A stretch of DNA of 55,142 bases. It comes from a virus. Lineage: Duplodnaviria > Heunggongvirae > Uroviricota > Caudoviricetes. The stretch is from IMG/VR virus record IMGVR_UViG_2711768053_000019. One strand, 5' to 3'. Positions 39,145 to 49,944 of this stretch are shown one piece after another (position 1 is the first letter of the stretch; every line of letters begins with the position of its first letter). A program made the position numbers and the translations under genes. Under the pieces are notes generated by a model. The model was not told the DNA's origin. It worked only from the letters and a program-made list of their open reading frames with translations, and did not search any database.

Positions 39145-39885
39145 ATGCCTGTACCAAATCCTACAATGCCGGTGAAAGGTGCCGGGACCACCCTGTGGGT
39201 TTATAAGGGGAGCGGTGACCCTTATGCGAATCCGCTTTCAGACGTTGACTGGTCGCGTCTGGCAAAAGTTAAAGACCTGACGCCCGGCGAACTGACCGCT
39301 GAGTCCTATGACGACAGCTATCTCGATGATGAAGATGCAGACTGGACTGCGACCGGGCAGGGGCAGAAATCTGCCGGAGATACCAGCTTCACGCTGGCGT
39401 GGATGCCCGGAGAGCAGGGGCAGCAGGCGCTGCTGGCGTGGTTTAATGAAGGGGATACCCGAGCCTATAAAATCCGCTTCCCGAACGGCACGGTCGATGT
39501 GTTCCGCGGCTGGGTCAGCAGTATCGGTAAGGCGGTGACGGCGAAGGAAGTGATCACCCGCACGGTGAAAGTCACCAACGTGGGCCGTCCGTCGATGGCA
39601 GAAGATCGCAGCACGGTGACGGCGACAACCGGCATGACTGTGACGCCTGCCAGCACCTCGGTGGTGAAAGGGCAGAGCACCACGCTGACCGTGGCATTCC
39701 AGCCGGAAGGCGCAACCGACAAGAGCTTCCGTGCGGTGTCTGCGGATAAAACAAAAGCCACCGTGTCGGTCAGTGGTATGACCATCACCGTGAAAGGTGT
39801 TGCTGCAGGCAAGGTCAACATTCCGGTCGTATCCGGTAATGGTGAACTTGCTGCGGTTGCAGAAATCACCGTCACCGCCAGTTAA
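39145..39885 (+). CDS. V: Major tail tube protein V, 246 aa
   Basis: [54 protein letters not shown]... Confidence 0.9.
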   Translation: MPVPNPTMPVKGAGTTLWVYKGSGDPYANPLSDVDWSRLAKVKDLTPGELTAESYDDSYLDDEDADWTATGQGQKSAGDTSFTLAWMPGEQGQQALLAWFNEGDTRAYKIRFPNGTVDVFRGWVSSIGKAVTAKEVITRTVKVTNVGRPSMAEDRSTVTATTGMTVTPASTSVVKGQSTTLTVAFQPEGATDKSFRAVSADKTKATVSVSGMTITVKGVAAGKVNIPVVSGNGELAAVAEITVTAS

Positions 39886-39900
39886 TCCGGGGAGTCAGCG

Positions 39901-40323
39901 ATGTTCCTGAAAACCGAATCATTTGAACATAACGGTGTGACCGTCACGCTTTCTGAACTGTCAGCCCTGCAGCGAATTGAGCATCTCGCCCTGATGAAAC
40001 GGCAGGCAGAACAGGCGGAGTCAGACAGCAACCGGAAGTTTACTGTGGAAGACGCCATCAGAACCGGCGCGTTTCTGGTGGCGATGTCCCTGTGGCATAA
40101 CCATCCGCAGAAGACGCAGATGCCGTCCATGAATGAAGCCGTTAAACAGATTGAGCAGGAAGTGCTTACCACCTGGCCCACGGAGGCAATTTCTCATGCT
40201 GAAAACGTGGTGTACCGGCTGTCTGGTATGTATGAGTTTGTTGTGAATAATGCCCCTGAACAGACAGAGGACGCCGGGCCCGCAGAGCCTGTTTCTGCGG
40301 GAAAGTGTTCGACGGTGAGCTGA
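39901..40323 (+). CDS. G: Tail assembly chaperone G, 140 aa
   Basis: MFLKTESFEHNGVTVTLSELSALQRIEHLALMKRQAEQAESDSNRKFTVEDAIRTG... Confidence 0.9.
   Translation: MFLKTESFEHNGVTVTLSELSALQRIEHLALMKRQAEQAESDSNRKFTVEDAIRTGAFLVAMSLWHNHPQKTQMPSMNEAVKQIEQEVLTTWPTEAISHAENVVYRLSGMYEFVVNNAPEQTEDAGPAEPVSAGKCSTVS
40299..40305 (+). promoter_or_regulatory. Programmed -1 ribosomal frameshift slippery site G GGA AAG (G to G-T fusion)
   Basis: GGGAAAG heptamer at 3' end of G with T ORF open in -1 frame; mechanism established for lambda G/GT. Confidence 0.75.
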
Positions 40324-40739
40324 GTTTTGCCCTGAAACTGGCGCGAGAGATGGGGCGACCCGACTGGCGTGCCATGCTTGCCGGGATGTCATCCACGGAG
40401 TATGCCGACTGGCACCGCTTTTACAGTACCCATTATTTTCATGATGTTCTGCTGGATATGCACTTTTCCGGGCTGACGTACACCGTGCTCAGCCTGTTTT
40501 TCAGCGATCCGGATATGCATCCGCTGGATTTCAGTCTGCTGAACCGGCGTGAGGCTGACGAAGAGCCTGAAGATGATGTGCTGATGCAGAAAGCGGCAGG
40601 GCTTGCCGGAGGCGTCCGCTTTGGCCCGGACGGGAATGAAGTTATCCCCGCTTCCCCGGATGTGGCGGACATGACGGAGGATGACGTAATGCTGATGACA
40701 GTATCAGAAGGGATCGCAGGAGGAGTCCGGTATGGCTGA
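40305..40739 (+). CDS. T: Tail assembly protein T (expressed as G-T frameshift fusion)
   Basis: -1 frame ORF overlapping end of G; sequence ...HRFYSTHYFHDVLLDMHFSGLTYTVLSLFFSDPDMHPLDFSLL... Confidence 0.8.
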   Translation: MFDGELSFALKLAREMGRPDWRAMLAGMSSTEYADWHRFYSTHYFHDVLLDMHFSGLTYTVLSLFFSDPDMHPLDFSLLNRREADEEPEDDVLMQKAAGLAGGVRFGPDGNEVIPASPDVADMTEDDVMLMTVSEGIAGGVRYG

Positions 40740-43311
40740 ACCGGTAGGCGATCTGGTCGTTGATTTAAGTCTGGATGCGGCCAGATTTGACGAGCAGATG
40801 GCCAGAGTCAGGCGTCATTTTTCCGGTACGGAAACTGATGCGAAAAAAACAGCGGCAGTCGTTGAACAGTCGCTGAGCCGACAGGCGCTGGCTGCACAGA
40901 AAGCGGGGATTTCCGTCGGGCAGTATAAAGCCGCCATGCGTATGCTGCCTGCACAGTTCACCGACGTGGCCACGCAGCTTGCAGGCGGGCAAAGCCCGTG
41001 GCTGATCCTGCTGCAACAGGGGGGTCAGGTTAAGGACTCCTTCGGCGGGATGATCCCCATGTTCAGGGGGCTTGCCGGTGCGATCACCCTGCCGATGGTG
41101 GGGGCCACCTCGCTGGCGGTGGCGACCGGTGCGCTGGCGTATGCCTGGTATCAGGGCAACTCAACCCTGTCCGATTTCAACAAAACGCTGGTCCTTTCCG
41201 GCAATCAGGCGGGACTGACGGCAGATCGTATGCTGGTCCTGTCCAGAGCCGGGCAGGCGGCAGGGCTGACGTTTAACCAGACCAGCGAGTCACTGACGGC
41301 GCTGGTGAATGCCGGTGTGCGTGGTGGTGAGCAGTTTGAGGCGATCAGCCAGAGTGTGGCGCGTTTCTCCTCTGCATCCGGCGTGGAGGTGGACAAGGTC
41401 GCTGAAGCCTTCGGGAAGCTGACCACAGACCCGACGTCGGGACTGACAGCGATGGCACGTCAGTTCCATAACGTGACGGCGGAGCAGATTGCGTATGTTG
41501 CTCAGTTGCAGCGTTCCGGAGATGAAGCCGGGGCATTGCAGGCGGCGAACGAGGCCGCAACGAAAGGGTTTGATGACCAGACCCGCCGCCTGAAAGAGAA
41601 CATGGGCACGCTGGAGACCTGGGCAGACAGGACAGCACGGGCATTCAAATCCATGTGGGATTCGGTGCTGGATATTGGTCGCCCGGACACTGCCCAGGGA
41701 ATGCTGGAGAAAGCAGAAAAGGCTTTTGATGAGGCGGACAAAAAATGGCAGTGGTATCAGAGCCGGAGCCACCGGCGCGGTAAAACCTCAGCATTTCTTG
41801 CCAATCTCCGGGGAGCATGGGAGGACAGAGCGAATGCGCAACTTGGGCTTTCAGCCGCCACGTTGCAGGCCGATCTTGAAAAGGCCAGAGAGATGGCAGC
41901 AAAGGACTGGGCCGAGTCTGAGGCATCACGGCTGAAATATACCGAAGAGGCGCAGAAGGCTTACGAACGGCTGCAGACGCCGCTGGAGAAATATACCGCC
42001 CGTCAGGAAGAACTGAACAAGGCACTGAAAGACGGGAAAATCCTGCAGGCGGATTACAACACGCTGATGGCGGCGGCGAAAAAGGATTATGAAGCGACGC
42101 TGAAAAAGCCGAAACAGTCCGGCGTGAAGGTGTCTGCGGGCGATCGTCAGGAAGACAGTGCTCATGCTGCCCTGCTGACGCTTCAGGCTGAACTCCGGAC
42201 GCTGGAGAAGCATGCCGGAGCAAATGAGAAAATCAGCCAGCAGCGCCGGGATTTGTGGAAGGCGGAGAGCCAGTTCGCGGTACTGGAGGAGGCGGCGCAA
42301 CGTCGCCAGCTGTCTGCACAGGAGAAATCCCTGCTGGCGCATAAAGATGAGACGCTGGAGTACAAACGCCAGCTGGCTGCACTTGGCGACAAGGTTACGT
42401 ATCAGGAGCGCCTGAACGCGCTGGCGCAGCAGGCGGATAAATTCGCACAGCAGCAACGGGCAAAACGGGCCGCCATTGATGCGAAAAGCCGGGGGCTGAC
42501 TGACCGGCAGGCAGAACGGGAAGCCACGGAACAGCGCCTGAAGGAACAGTATGGCGATAATCCGCTGGCGCTGAATAACGTCATGTCAGAGCAGAAAAAG
42601 ACCTGGGCGGCTGAAGACCAGCTTCGCGGGAGCTGGATGGCAGGCCTGAAGTCCGGCTGGAGTGAGTGGGAAGAGAGCGCCACGGACAGTATGTCGCAGG
42701 TAAAAAGTGCAGCCACGCAGACCTTTGATGGTATTGCACAGAATATGGCGGCGATGCTGACCGGCAGTGAGCAGAACTGGCGCAGCTTCACCCGTTCCGT
42801 GCTGTCCATGATGACAGAAATTCTGCTTAAGCAGGCAATGGTGGGGATTGTCGGGAGTATCGGCAGCGCCATTGGCGGGGCTGTTGGTGGCGGCGCATCC
42901 GCGTCAGGCGGTACAGCCATTCAGGCCGCTGCGGCGAAATTCCATTTTGCAACCGGAGGATTTACGGGAACCGGCGGCAAATATGAGCCAGCGGGGATTG
43001 TTCACCGTGGTGAATTTGTCTTCACGAAGGAGGCAACCAGCCGGATTGGCGTGGGGAATCTTTACCGGCTGATGCGCGGCTATGCCACCGGCGGTTATGT
43101 CGGTACACCGGGCAGCATGGCAGACAGCCGGTCGCAGGCGTCCGGGACGTTTGAGCAGAATAACCATGTGGTGATTAACAACGACGGCACGAACGGGCAG
43201 ATAGGTCCGGCTGCTCTGAAGGCGGTGTATGACATGGCCCGCAAGGGTGCCCGTGATGAAATTCAGACACAGATGCGTGATGGTGGCCTGTTCTCCGGAG
43301 GTGGACGATGA
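40732..43311 (+). CDS. H: Tape measure protein H, 859 aa
   Basis: MAEPVGDLVVDLSLDAARFDEQMARVRRHFSGTETDAKKTAAVVEQSL... lambda H by recall; size matches. Confidence 0.95.
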   Translation: MAEPVGDLVVDLSLDAARFDEQMARVRRHFSGTETDAKKTAAVVEQSLSRQALAAQKAGISVGQYKAAMRMLPAQFTDVATQLAGGQSPWLILLQQGGQVKDSFGGMIPMFRGLAGAITLPMVGATSLAVATGALAYAWYQGNSTLSDFNKTLVLSGNQAGLTADRMLVLSRAGQAAGLTFNQTSESLTALVNAGVRGGEQFEAISQSVARFSSASGVEVDKVAEAFGKLTTDPTSGLTAMARQFHNVTAEQIAYVAQLQRSGDEAGALQAANEAATKGFDDQTRRLKENMGTLETWADRTARAFKSMWDSVLDIGRPDTAQGMLEKAEKAFDEADKKWQWYQSRSHRRGKTSAFLANLRGAWEDRANAQLGLSAATLQADLEKAREMAAKDWAESEASRLKYTEEAQKAYERLQTPLEKYTARQEELNKALKDGKILQADYNTLMAAAKKDYEATLKKPKQSGVKVSAGDRQEDSAHAALLTLQAELRTLEKHAGANEKISQQRRDLWKAESQFAVLEEAAQRRQLSAQEKSLLAHKDETLEYKRQLAALGDKVTYQERLNALAQQADKFAQQQRAKRAAIDAKSRGLTDRQAEREATEQRLKEQYGDNPLALNNVMSEQKKTWAAEDQLRGSWMAGLKSGWSEWEESATDSMSQVKSAATQTFDGIAQNMAAMLTGSEQNWRSFTRSVLSMMTEILLKQAMVGIVGSIGSAIGGAVGGGASASGGTAIQAAAAKFHFATGGFTGTGGKYEPAGIVHRGEFVFTKEATSRIGVGNLYRLMRGYATGGYVGTPGSMADSRSQASGTFEQNNHVVINNDGTNGQIGPAALKAVYDMARKGARDEIQTQMRDGGLFSGGGR

Positions 43312-43637
43312 AGACCTTCCGCTGGAAAGTGAAACCCGGTATGGATGTGGCTTCGGTCCCTTCTGTAAGAAAGGTGCGCTTTGGTGATGGCTATTCTCAG
43401 CGAGCGCCTGCCGGGCTGAATGCCAACCTGAAAACGTACAGCGTGACGCTTTCTGTCCCCCGTGAGGAGGCCACGGTACTGGAGTCGTTTCTGGAAGAGC
43501 ACGGGGGCTGGAAATCCTTTCTGTGGACGCCGCCTTATGAGTGGCGGCAGATAAAGGTGACCTGCGCAAAATGGTCGTCGCGGGTCAGTATGCTGCGTGT
43601 TGAGTTCAGCGCAGAGTTTGAACAGGTGGTGAACTGA
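43308..43637 (+). CDS. M: Tail tip protein M, 109 aa
   Basis: MKTFRWKVKPGMDVASVPSVRKVRFGDGYSQRAPAGLNANLKTYSVTLSVPREEA... Confidence 0.9.
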   Translation: MKTFRWKVKPGMDVASVPSVRKVRFGDGYSQRAPAGLNANLKTYSVTLSVPREEATVLESFLEEHGGWKSFLWTPPYEWRQIKVTCAKWSSRVSMLRVEFSAEFEQVVN

Positions 43638-44335
43638 TGCAGGATATCCGGCAGGAAACACTGAATGAATGCACCCGTGCGGAGCAGTCGGCCAGCGTGG
43701 TGCTCTGGGAAATCGACCTGACAGAGGTCGGTGGAGAACGTTATTTTTTCTGTAATGAGCAGAACGAAAAAGGTGAGCCGGTCACCTGGCAGGGGCGACA
43801 GTATCAGCCGTATCCCATTCAGGGGAGCGGTTTTGAACTGAATGGCAAAGGCACCAGTACGCGCCCCACGCTGACGGTTTCTAACCTGTACGGTATGGTC
43901 ACCGGGATGGCGGAAGATATGCAGAGTCTGGTCGGCGGAACGGTGGTCCGGCGTAAGGTTTACGCCCGTTTTCTGGATGCGGTGAACTTCGTCAACGGAA
44001 ACAGTTACGCCGATCCGGAGCAGGAGGTGATCAGCCGCTGGCGCATTGAGCAGTGCAGCGAACTGAGCGCGGTGAGTGCCTCCTTTGTACTGTCCACGCC
44101 GACGGAAACGGACGGTGCCGTTTTTCCGGGACGTATCATGCTGGCCAACACCTGCACCTGGACCTATCGCGGTGACGAGTGCGGTTATAGCGGTCCGGCT
44201 GTCGCGGATGAATATGACCAGCCAACGTCCGATATCACGAAGGATAAATGCAGCAAATGCCTGAGCGGCTGTAAGTTTCGCAATAACGTCGGCAACTTTG
44301 GCGGCTTCCTTTCCATTAACAAACTTTCGCAGTAA
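43637..44335 (+). CDS. L: Tail tip protein L, 232 aa
   Basis: MQDIRQETLNECTRAEQSASVVLWEIDLTEVGGERYFFCNEQNEKGEPVTWQGRQY... Confidence 0.9.
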   Translation: MQDIRQETLNECTRAEQSASVVLWEIDLTEVGGERYFFCNEQNEKGEPVTWQGRQYQPYPIQGSGFELNGKGTSTRPTLTVSNLYGMVTGMAEDMQSLVGGTVVRRKVYARFLDAVNFVNGNSYADPEQEVISRWRIEQCSELSAVSASFVLSTPTETDGAVFPGRIMLANTCTWTYRGDECGYSGPAVADEYDQPTSDITKDKCSKCLSGCKFRNNVGNFGGFLSINKLSQ

Positions 44336-44340
44336 ATCCC

Positions 44341-45084
44341 ATGACACAGACAGAATCAGCGATTCTGGCGCACGCCCGGCGATGTGCGCCAGCGGAGTCG
44401 TGCGGCTTCGTGGTAAGCACGCCGGAGGGGGAAAGATATTTCCCCTGCGTGAATATCTCCGGTGAGCCGGAGGCGTATTTCCGTATGTCGCCGGAAGACT
44501 GGCTGCAGGCAGAAATGCAGGGTGAGATTGTGGCGCTGGTCCACAGCCACCCCGGTGGTCTACCCTGGCTGAGTGAGGCCGACCGGCGGCTGCAGGTGCA
44601 GAGTGATTTGCCGTGGTGGCTGGTCTGCCGGGGGACGATTCATAAGTTCCGCTGTGTGCCGCATCTCACCGGGCGGCGCTTTGAGCACGGTGTGACGGAC
44701 TGTTACACACTGTTCCGGGATGCTTATCATCTGGCGGGGATTGAGATGCCGGATTTTCATCGTGAGGATGACTGGTGGCGTAACGGCCAGAATCTCTATC
44801 TGGATAATCTGGAGGCGACGGGGCTGTATCAGGTGCCGTTGTCAGCGGCACAGCCGGGCGATGTGCTGCTGTGCTGTTTTGGTTCATCGGTGCCGAATCA
44901 CGCCGCAATTTACTGCGGCGACGGCGAGCTGCTGCACCATATTCCTGAACAACTGAGCAAACGAGAGAGGTACACCGACAAATGGCAGCGACGCACACAC
45001 TCCCTCTGGCGTCACCGGGCATGGCGCGCATCTGCCTTTACGGGGATTTACAACGATTTGGTCGCCGCATCGACCTTCGTGTGA
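44341..45084 (+). CDS. K: Tail tip assembly protein K (JAB/MPN + NlpC/P60-like), 247-aa ORF
   Basis: HSHPGG...SEAD (JAMM-like) then C..H-type peptidase region; overlaps I start. Confidence 0.85.
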   Translation: MTQTESAILAHARRCAPAESCGFVVSTPEGERYFPCVNISGEPEAYFRMSPEDWLQAEMQGEIVALVHSHPGGLPWLSEADRRLQVQSDLPWWLVCRGTIHKFRCVPHLTGRRFEHGVTDCYTLFRDAYHLAGIEMPDFHREDDWWRNGQNLYLDNLEATGLYQVPLSAAQPGDVLLCCFGSSVPNHAAIYCGDGELLHHIPEQLSKRERYTDKWQRRTHSLWRHRAWRASAFTGIYNDLVAASTFV

Positions 45085-45653
45085 AAACGGGGGCTGAAGC
45101 CATCCGGGCACTGGCCACACAGCTCCCGGCGTTTCGTCAGAAACTGAGCGACGGCTGGTATCAGGTACGGATTGCCGGGCGGGACGTCAGCACGTCCGGG
45201 TTAACGGCTCAGTTACATGAGACTCTGCCTGATGGCGCTGTGATTCATATTGTTCCCAGAGTCGCCGGGGCCAAGTCAGGTGGCGTATTCCAGATTGTCC
45301 TGGGGGCTGCCGCCATTGCCGGATCATTCTTTACCGCCGGAGCCACCCTTGCAGCATGGGGGGCAGCCATTGGGGCCGGTGGTATGACCGGCATCCTGTT
45401 TTCTCTCGGTGCCAGTATGGTGCTCGGTGGTGTGGCGCAGATGCTGGCACCGAAAGCCAGAACTCCCCGTACACAGACAACGGATAACGGTAAGCAGAAC
45501 ACCTATTTCTCCTCACTGGATAACATGGTTGCCCAGGGCAATGTTCTGCCTGTTCTGTACGGGGAAATGCGCGTGGGGTCACGCGTGGTTTCTCAGGAGA
45601 TCAGCACGGCAGACGAAGGGGATGGTGGTCAGGTTGTGGTGATTGGTCGCTGA
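44982..45653 (+). CDS. I: Tail tip assembly protein I, 223 aa
   Basis: ...DLRVKTGAEAIRALATQLPAFRQKLSDGWYQVRIAGRDVS..., Gly/Ala-rich hydrophobic segment; lambda I by recall. Confidence 0.85.
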   Translation: MAATHTLPLASPGMARICLYGDLQRFGRRIDLRVKTGAEAIRALATQLPAFRQKLSDGWYQVRIAGRDVSTSGLTAQLHETLPDGAVIHIVPRVAGAKSGGVFQIVLGAAAIAGSFFTAGATLAAWGAAIGAGGMTGILFSLGASMVLGGVAQMLAPKARTPRTQTTDNGKQNTYFSSLDNMVAQGNVLPVLYGEMRVGSRVVSQEISTADEGDGGQVVVIGR

Positions 45654-45712
45654 TGAAAAACGTTTATGTGAAACCGCCTCCGGGCGGTTTTGTCGTTTAT
45701 GGAGCGTGAGGA

Positions 45713-48700
45713 ATGGGTAAAGGCAGCAGTAAGGGGCATACTCCGCGCGAAGCGAAGGACAACCTGAAGTCCACGCAGTTGCTGAGTGTGATCGATGCCA
45801 TCAGCGAAGGGCCGATTGAAGGTCCGGTGGATGGATTAAAAAGCGTGCTGCTGAACAGTACGCCAGTGCTGGACAGTGAGGGGAATACCAACATCTCCGG
45901 CGTCACGGTGGTGTTCCGGGCCGGTGAGCAGGAGCAGACACCGCCGGAGGGATTTGAATCCTCCGGCTCCGAGACGGTGCTGGGTACGGAAGTGAAATAC
46001 GACACGCCGATCACCCGGACCATCACGTCGGCAAACATTGACCGACTGCGTGTTACCTTCGGCGTGCAGGCACTGGTGGAAACCACCTCAAAGGGGGACA
46101 GGAATCCGTCGGAAGTCCGCCTGCTGGTTCAGATACAGCGTAATGGTGGCTGGGTGACGGAAAAAGACATCACCATTAAGGGCAAAACCACCTCGCAGTA
46201 TCTGGCCTCGGTGGTGGTGGGTAACCTGCCGCCGCGCCCGTTCAGTATACGGATGCGCAGGATGACGCCGGACAGCACCACAGACCAGCTGCAGAACAAA
46301 ACGCTCTGGTCGTCATACACCGAAATCATCGATGTGAAACAGTGCTACCCGAACACGGCACTGGTCGGTGTGCAGGTGGACTCGGAGCAGTTCGGCAGCC
46401 AGCAGGTGAGCCGTAATTATCATCTTCGCGGGCGCATTCTGCAGGTGCCGTCGAACTATAACCCGCAGACGCGGCAATACAGTGGTATCTGGGACGGAAC
46501 GTTAAAACCGGCATACAGCAACAACATGGCCTGGTGTCTGTGGGATATGCTGACCCACCCGCGCTACGGCATGGGGAAACGTCTTGGTGCGGCGGATGTG
46601 GATAAATGGGCGCTGTATATCATCGGCCAGTACTGCGACCAGTCAGTGCCGGACGGCTTTGGCGGCACGGAGCCGCGCATCACCTGTAATGCGTACCTGA
46701 CCACACAGCGCAAGGCGTGGGATGTGCTCAGTGATTTCTGCTCGGCGATGCGCTGTATGCCGGTATGGAACGGGCAGACGCTGACGTTCGTGCAGGACCG
46801 ACCATCAGATAAGGTGTGGACCTATAACCGCAGTAATGTGGTGATGCCGGATGATGGCGCGCCGTTCCGCTACAGCTTCAGCGCCCTGAAGGACCGCCAT
46901 AATGCCGTTGAGGTGAACTGGATTGACCCGAACAACGGCTGGGAGACGGCGACAGAGCTTGTTGAAGATACGCAGGCCATTGCCCGTTACGGTCGTAATG
47001 TCACGAAGATGGATGCCTTTGGCTGTACCAGCCGGGGGCAGGCACACCGCGCCGGGCTGTGGCTGATTAAAACGGAGCTGCTGGAGACGCAGACCGTGGA
47101 TTTCAGCGTGGGTGCCGAAGGGCTTCGCCATGTGCCGGGTGATGTTATTGAAATCTGCGATGATGACTATGCGGGGATCAGCATCGGCGGGCGCGTGCTG
47201 GCGGTGAACAGCCAGACCCGGACGCTGACGCTCGACCGTGAAATCACGCTGCCATCCTCCGGTACCACGCTGATAAGCCTGGTTGACGGAAGTGGCAATC
47301 CGGTCAGCGTGGAGGTCCAGTCCGTCACCGACGGTGTGAAGGTAAAAGTGAGCCGTGTTCCTGACGGCGTTGCCGGATACAGCGTATGGGGGCTGAAGTT
47401 GCCGACGCTGCGCCAGCGACTGTTCCGCTGCGTGAGTATCCGTGAGAACGACGACGGCACGTATGCCATCACCGCCGTGCAGCATGTGCCGGAAAAAGAG
47501 GCCATCGTGGATAACGGGGCGCACTTTGACGGCGACCAGAGCGGCACGGTGAATGGTGTCACGCCGCCAGCGGTGCAGCACCTGACTGCCGAAGTCACCG
47601 CAGACAGCGGGGAATATCAGGTGCTGGCGCGCTGGGACACACCGAAGGTGGTGAAGGGCGTGAGCTTCCTGCTCCGTCTGACCGTAACAGCGGACGACGG
47701 CAGTGAGCGGCTGGTCAGCACGGCCCGGACGACGGAAACCACATACCGCTTCACACAACTGGCGTTGGGGAACTACAGGCTGACAGTCCGGGCGGTAAAT
47801 GCGTGGGGACAGCAGGGCGATCCGGCATCGGTATCGTTCCGGATTGCCGCACCGGCAGCGCCGTCTCGGATTGAGCTGACACCGGGCTATTTTCAGATAA
47901 CCGCCACGCCGCATCTTGCGGTTTATGACCCGACGGTACAGTTTGAGTTCTGGTTCTCGGAAAAACGGATTGCGGATATCAGGCAGGTTGAAACCAGCGC
48001 GCGTTATCTTGGTACGGCACTGTACTGGATAGCCGCCAGTATCAATATCAAACCGGGCCATGATTATTATTTTTACGTTTGCAGTGTGAACACCGTTGGC
48101 AAATCGGCATTCGTGGAGGCTGTCGGTCAGCCGAGTGATGATGCATCAGGCTATCTGGATTTTTTCAAAGGCGAGATAGGGAAAACCCATCTGGCTCAGG
48201 AGCTGTGGACGCAGATTGATAACGGTCAGCTTGCGCCTGACCTGACTGAAATCAGGACGTCCATAACGGATGTCAGCAATGAAATAACACAGACCGTCAA
48301 TAAGAAACTGGAAGACCAGAGTGCAGCGATCCAGCAGATACAGAAGGTTCAGGTTGATACAAATAATAACCTGAACAGCATGTGGGCAGTGAAGCTGCAG
48401 CAGATGCAGGACGGACGCCTTTATATTGCGGGTATCGGTGCCGGTATTGAGAACACCCCTGACGGCATGCAGAGTCAGGTGCTGCTGGCAGCAGACAGGA
48501 TTGCGATGATTAATCCTGCGAATGGCAACACAAAGCCGATGTTTGTTGGTCAGGGCGATCAGATATTCATGAATGAAGTGTTCCTGAAACGCCTGACGGC
48601 CCCCACCATTACCAGCGGCGGTAATCCTCCGGCATTTTCCCTGACATCAGACGGGAGACTGACGGCGAAAAATGCGGATATCAGTGGCAGTGTGAATGCG

Positions 48701-49210
48701 AACTCAGGAACGCTCAACAATGTCACGGTAAATGAAAACTGTACGATTAAGGGCATGCTGGAGGCGACCCAGGTCAGAGGAGATTTCGTTAAAGCTGTAT
48801 CAAAAGCCTTCCCGAAAAAAGTCGGTACGTGGGGTAACACGGAAACACCAAACGGTACGGTTACAGTCACCATCAGCGATGATCATAACTTTGACCGCCA
48901 GATTATTATTCCGCCCATTATTTTTAACGGTATAGCGTATGACGATCCGGGGAGCGGAAATAACCCAGGAGGCACGCGATACACGGGTTATGGTTTTGAA
49001 GTTCGCAAAAACGGCGTATTAATCGCATCCAGAGAAACTAAAGGGGCCATTCCCGGTAGTTACAGTGCAGTTATTGATATGCCGAGTGGCAGGGGAAGCG
49101 TCACTCTGGAGTTTAAGATTTTCCAGAAAGGCAATCAGGGGGCAGGCAATATCACCGACTGTACGGTGATTGTGACCAAAAAAGCCGCTTCCGGCATCAG
49201 TATTCGTTGA
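45713..49210 (+). CDS. J: Central tail fibre / host specificity protein J, 1165 aa
   Basis: [54 protein letters not shown]... lambda J-like N-terminal region; C-terminal receptor-binding part not checked against lambda. Confidence 0.9.
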   Translation: MGKGSSKGHTPREAKDNLKSTQLLSVIDAISEGPIEGPVDGLKSVLLNSTPVLDSEGNTNISGVTVVFRAGEQEQTPPEGFESSGSETVLGTEVKYDTPITRTITSANIDRLRVTFGVQALVETTSKGDRNPSEVRLLVQIQRNGGWVTEKDITIKGKTTSQYLASVVVGNLPPRPFSIRMRRMTPDSTTDQLQNKTLWSSYTEIIDVKQCYPNTALVGVQVDSEQFGSQQVSRNYHLRGRILQVPSNYNPQTRQYSGIWDGTLKPAYSNNMAWCLWDMLTHPRYGMGKRLGAADVDKWALYIIGQYCDQSVPDGFGGTEPRITCNAYLTTQRKAWDVLSDFCSAMRCMPVWNGQTLTFVQDRPSDKVWTYNRSNVVMPDDGAPFRYSFSALKDRHNAVEVNWIDPNNGWETATELVEDTQAIARYGRNVTKMDAFGCTSRGQAHRAGLWLIKTELLETQTVDFSVGAEGLRHVPGDVIEICDDDYAGISIGGRVLAVNSQTRTLTLDREITLPSSGTTLISLVDGSGNPVSVEVQSVTDGVKVKVSRVPDGVAGYSVWGLKLPTLRQRLFRCVSIRENDDGTYAITAVQHVPEKEAIVDNGAHFDGDQSGTVNGVTPPAVQHLTAEVTADSGEYQVLARWDTPKVVKGVSFLLRLTVTADDGSERLVSTARTTETTYRFTQLALGNYRLTVRAVNAWGQQGDPASVSFRIAAPAAPSRIELTPGYFQITATPHLAVYDPTVQFEFWFSEKRIADIRQVETSARYLGTALYWIAASINIKPGHDYYFYVCSVNTVGKSAFVEAVGQPSDDASGYLDFFKGEIGKTHLAQELWTQIDNGQLAPDLTEIRTSITDVSNEITQTVNKKLEDQSAAIQQIQKVQVDTNNNLNSMWAVKLQQMQDGRLYIAGIGAGIENTPDGMQSQVLLAADRIAMINPANGNTKPMFVGQGDQIFMNEVFLKRLTAPTITSGGNPPAFSLTSDGRLTAKNADISGSVNANSGTLNNVTVNENCTIKGMLEATQVRGDFVKAVSKAFPKKVGTWGNTETPNGTVTVTISDDHNFDRQIIIPPIIFNGIAYDDPGSGNNPGGTRYTGYGFEVRKNGVLIASRETKGAIPGSYSAVIDMPSGRGSVTLEFKIFQKGNQGAGNITDCTVIVTKKAASGISIR

Positions 49211-49232
49211 AATATTTATAACCCCAATAAAG

Positions 49233-49257
49233 GGCGTCAGGAATGACGCCTTTTTTA
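49233..49257 (+). terminator. Intrinsic terminator after J
   Basis: GGCGTCA-GGAA-TGACGCC followed by TTTTTTATT. Confidence 0.6.
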
Positions 49258-49280
49258 TTGCAGAAAAGCGAGAGGTAATT

Positions 49281-49880
49281 ATGCGTAAAGTTTGTGCAGC
49301 AATTTTGTCCGCAGCCATTTGTCTGGCCGTATCCGGTGCGCCTGCATGGGCGTCTGAACATCAGTCCACGCTGAGCGCGGGGTATCTTCATGCCTCGACG
49401 AACGTCCCCGGCAGCGATGATCTGAACGGGATTAACGTGAAATACCGTTATGAGTTTACGGACACACTGGGGCTGGTGACGTCATTCAGCTATGCAGGAG
49501 ACAAGAATCGCCAGCTGACCCGTTACAGCGATACCCGCTGGCATGAAGATTCCGTTCGTAACCGCTGGTTCAGCGTAATGGCGGGGCCGTCTGTGCGCGT
49601 GAATGAATGGTTCAGCGCGTATGCGATGGCGGGTGTAGCTTACAGCCGTGTGTCGACTTTCTCCGGGGATTATCTTCGCGTAACTGACAACAAGGGGAAA
49701 AAGCACGATGTGCTGACCGGAAGTGATGACGGTCGCCACAGCAACACGTCTCTGGCGTGGGGGGCTGGCGTGCAGTTTAACCCGACCGAATCCGTGGCCA
49801 TTGATATTGCTTATGAAGGCTCCGGCAGTGGTGACTGGCGCACTGACGGTTTCATCGTGGGTGTCGGTTATAAATTCTGA
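49281..49880 (+). CDS. lom: Lom outer-membrane protein (Ail/Lom family), 199 aa
   Basis: Signal peptide MRKVCAAILSAAICLAVSGAPAWA; beta-barrel with C-terminal ...GFIVGVGYKF. Confidence 0.85.
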   Translation: MRKVCAAILSAAICLAVSGAPAWASEHQSTLSAGYLHASTNVPGSDDLNGINVKYRYEFTDTLGLVTSFSYAGDKNRQLTRYSDTRWHEDSVRNRWFSVMAGPSVRVNEWFSAYAMAGVAYSRVSTFSGDYLRVTDNKGKKHDVLTGSDDGRHSNTSLAWGAGVQFNPTESVAIDIAYEGSGSGDWRTDGFIVGVGYKF

Positions 49881-49907
49881 TTAGCCAGGTAACACAGTGT
49901 TATGACA

Positions 49908-49933
49908 GCCCGCCGGTTCAGGCGGGCTTTTTT
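49908..49933 (+). terminator. Intrinsic terminator after lom
   Basis: GCCCGCC-GGTTCA-GGCGGGC followed by TTTTTTG. Confidence 0.6.
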
Positions 49934-49944
49934 GTGGGGTGAAT

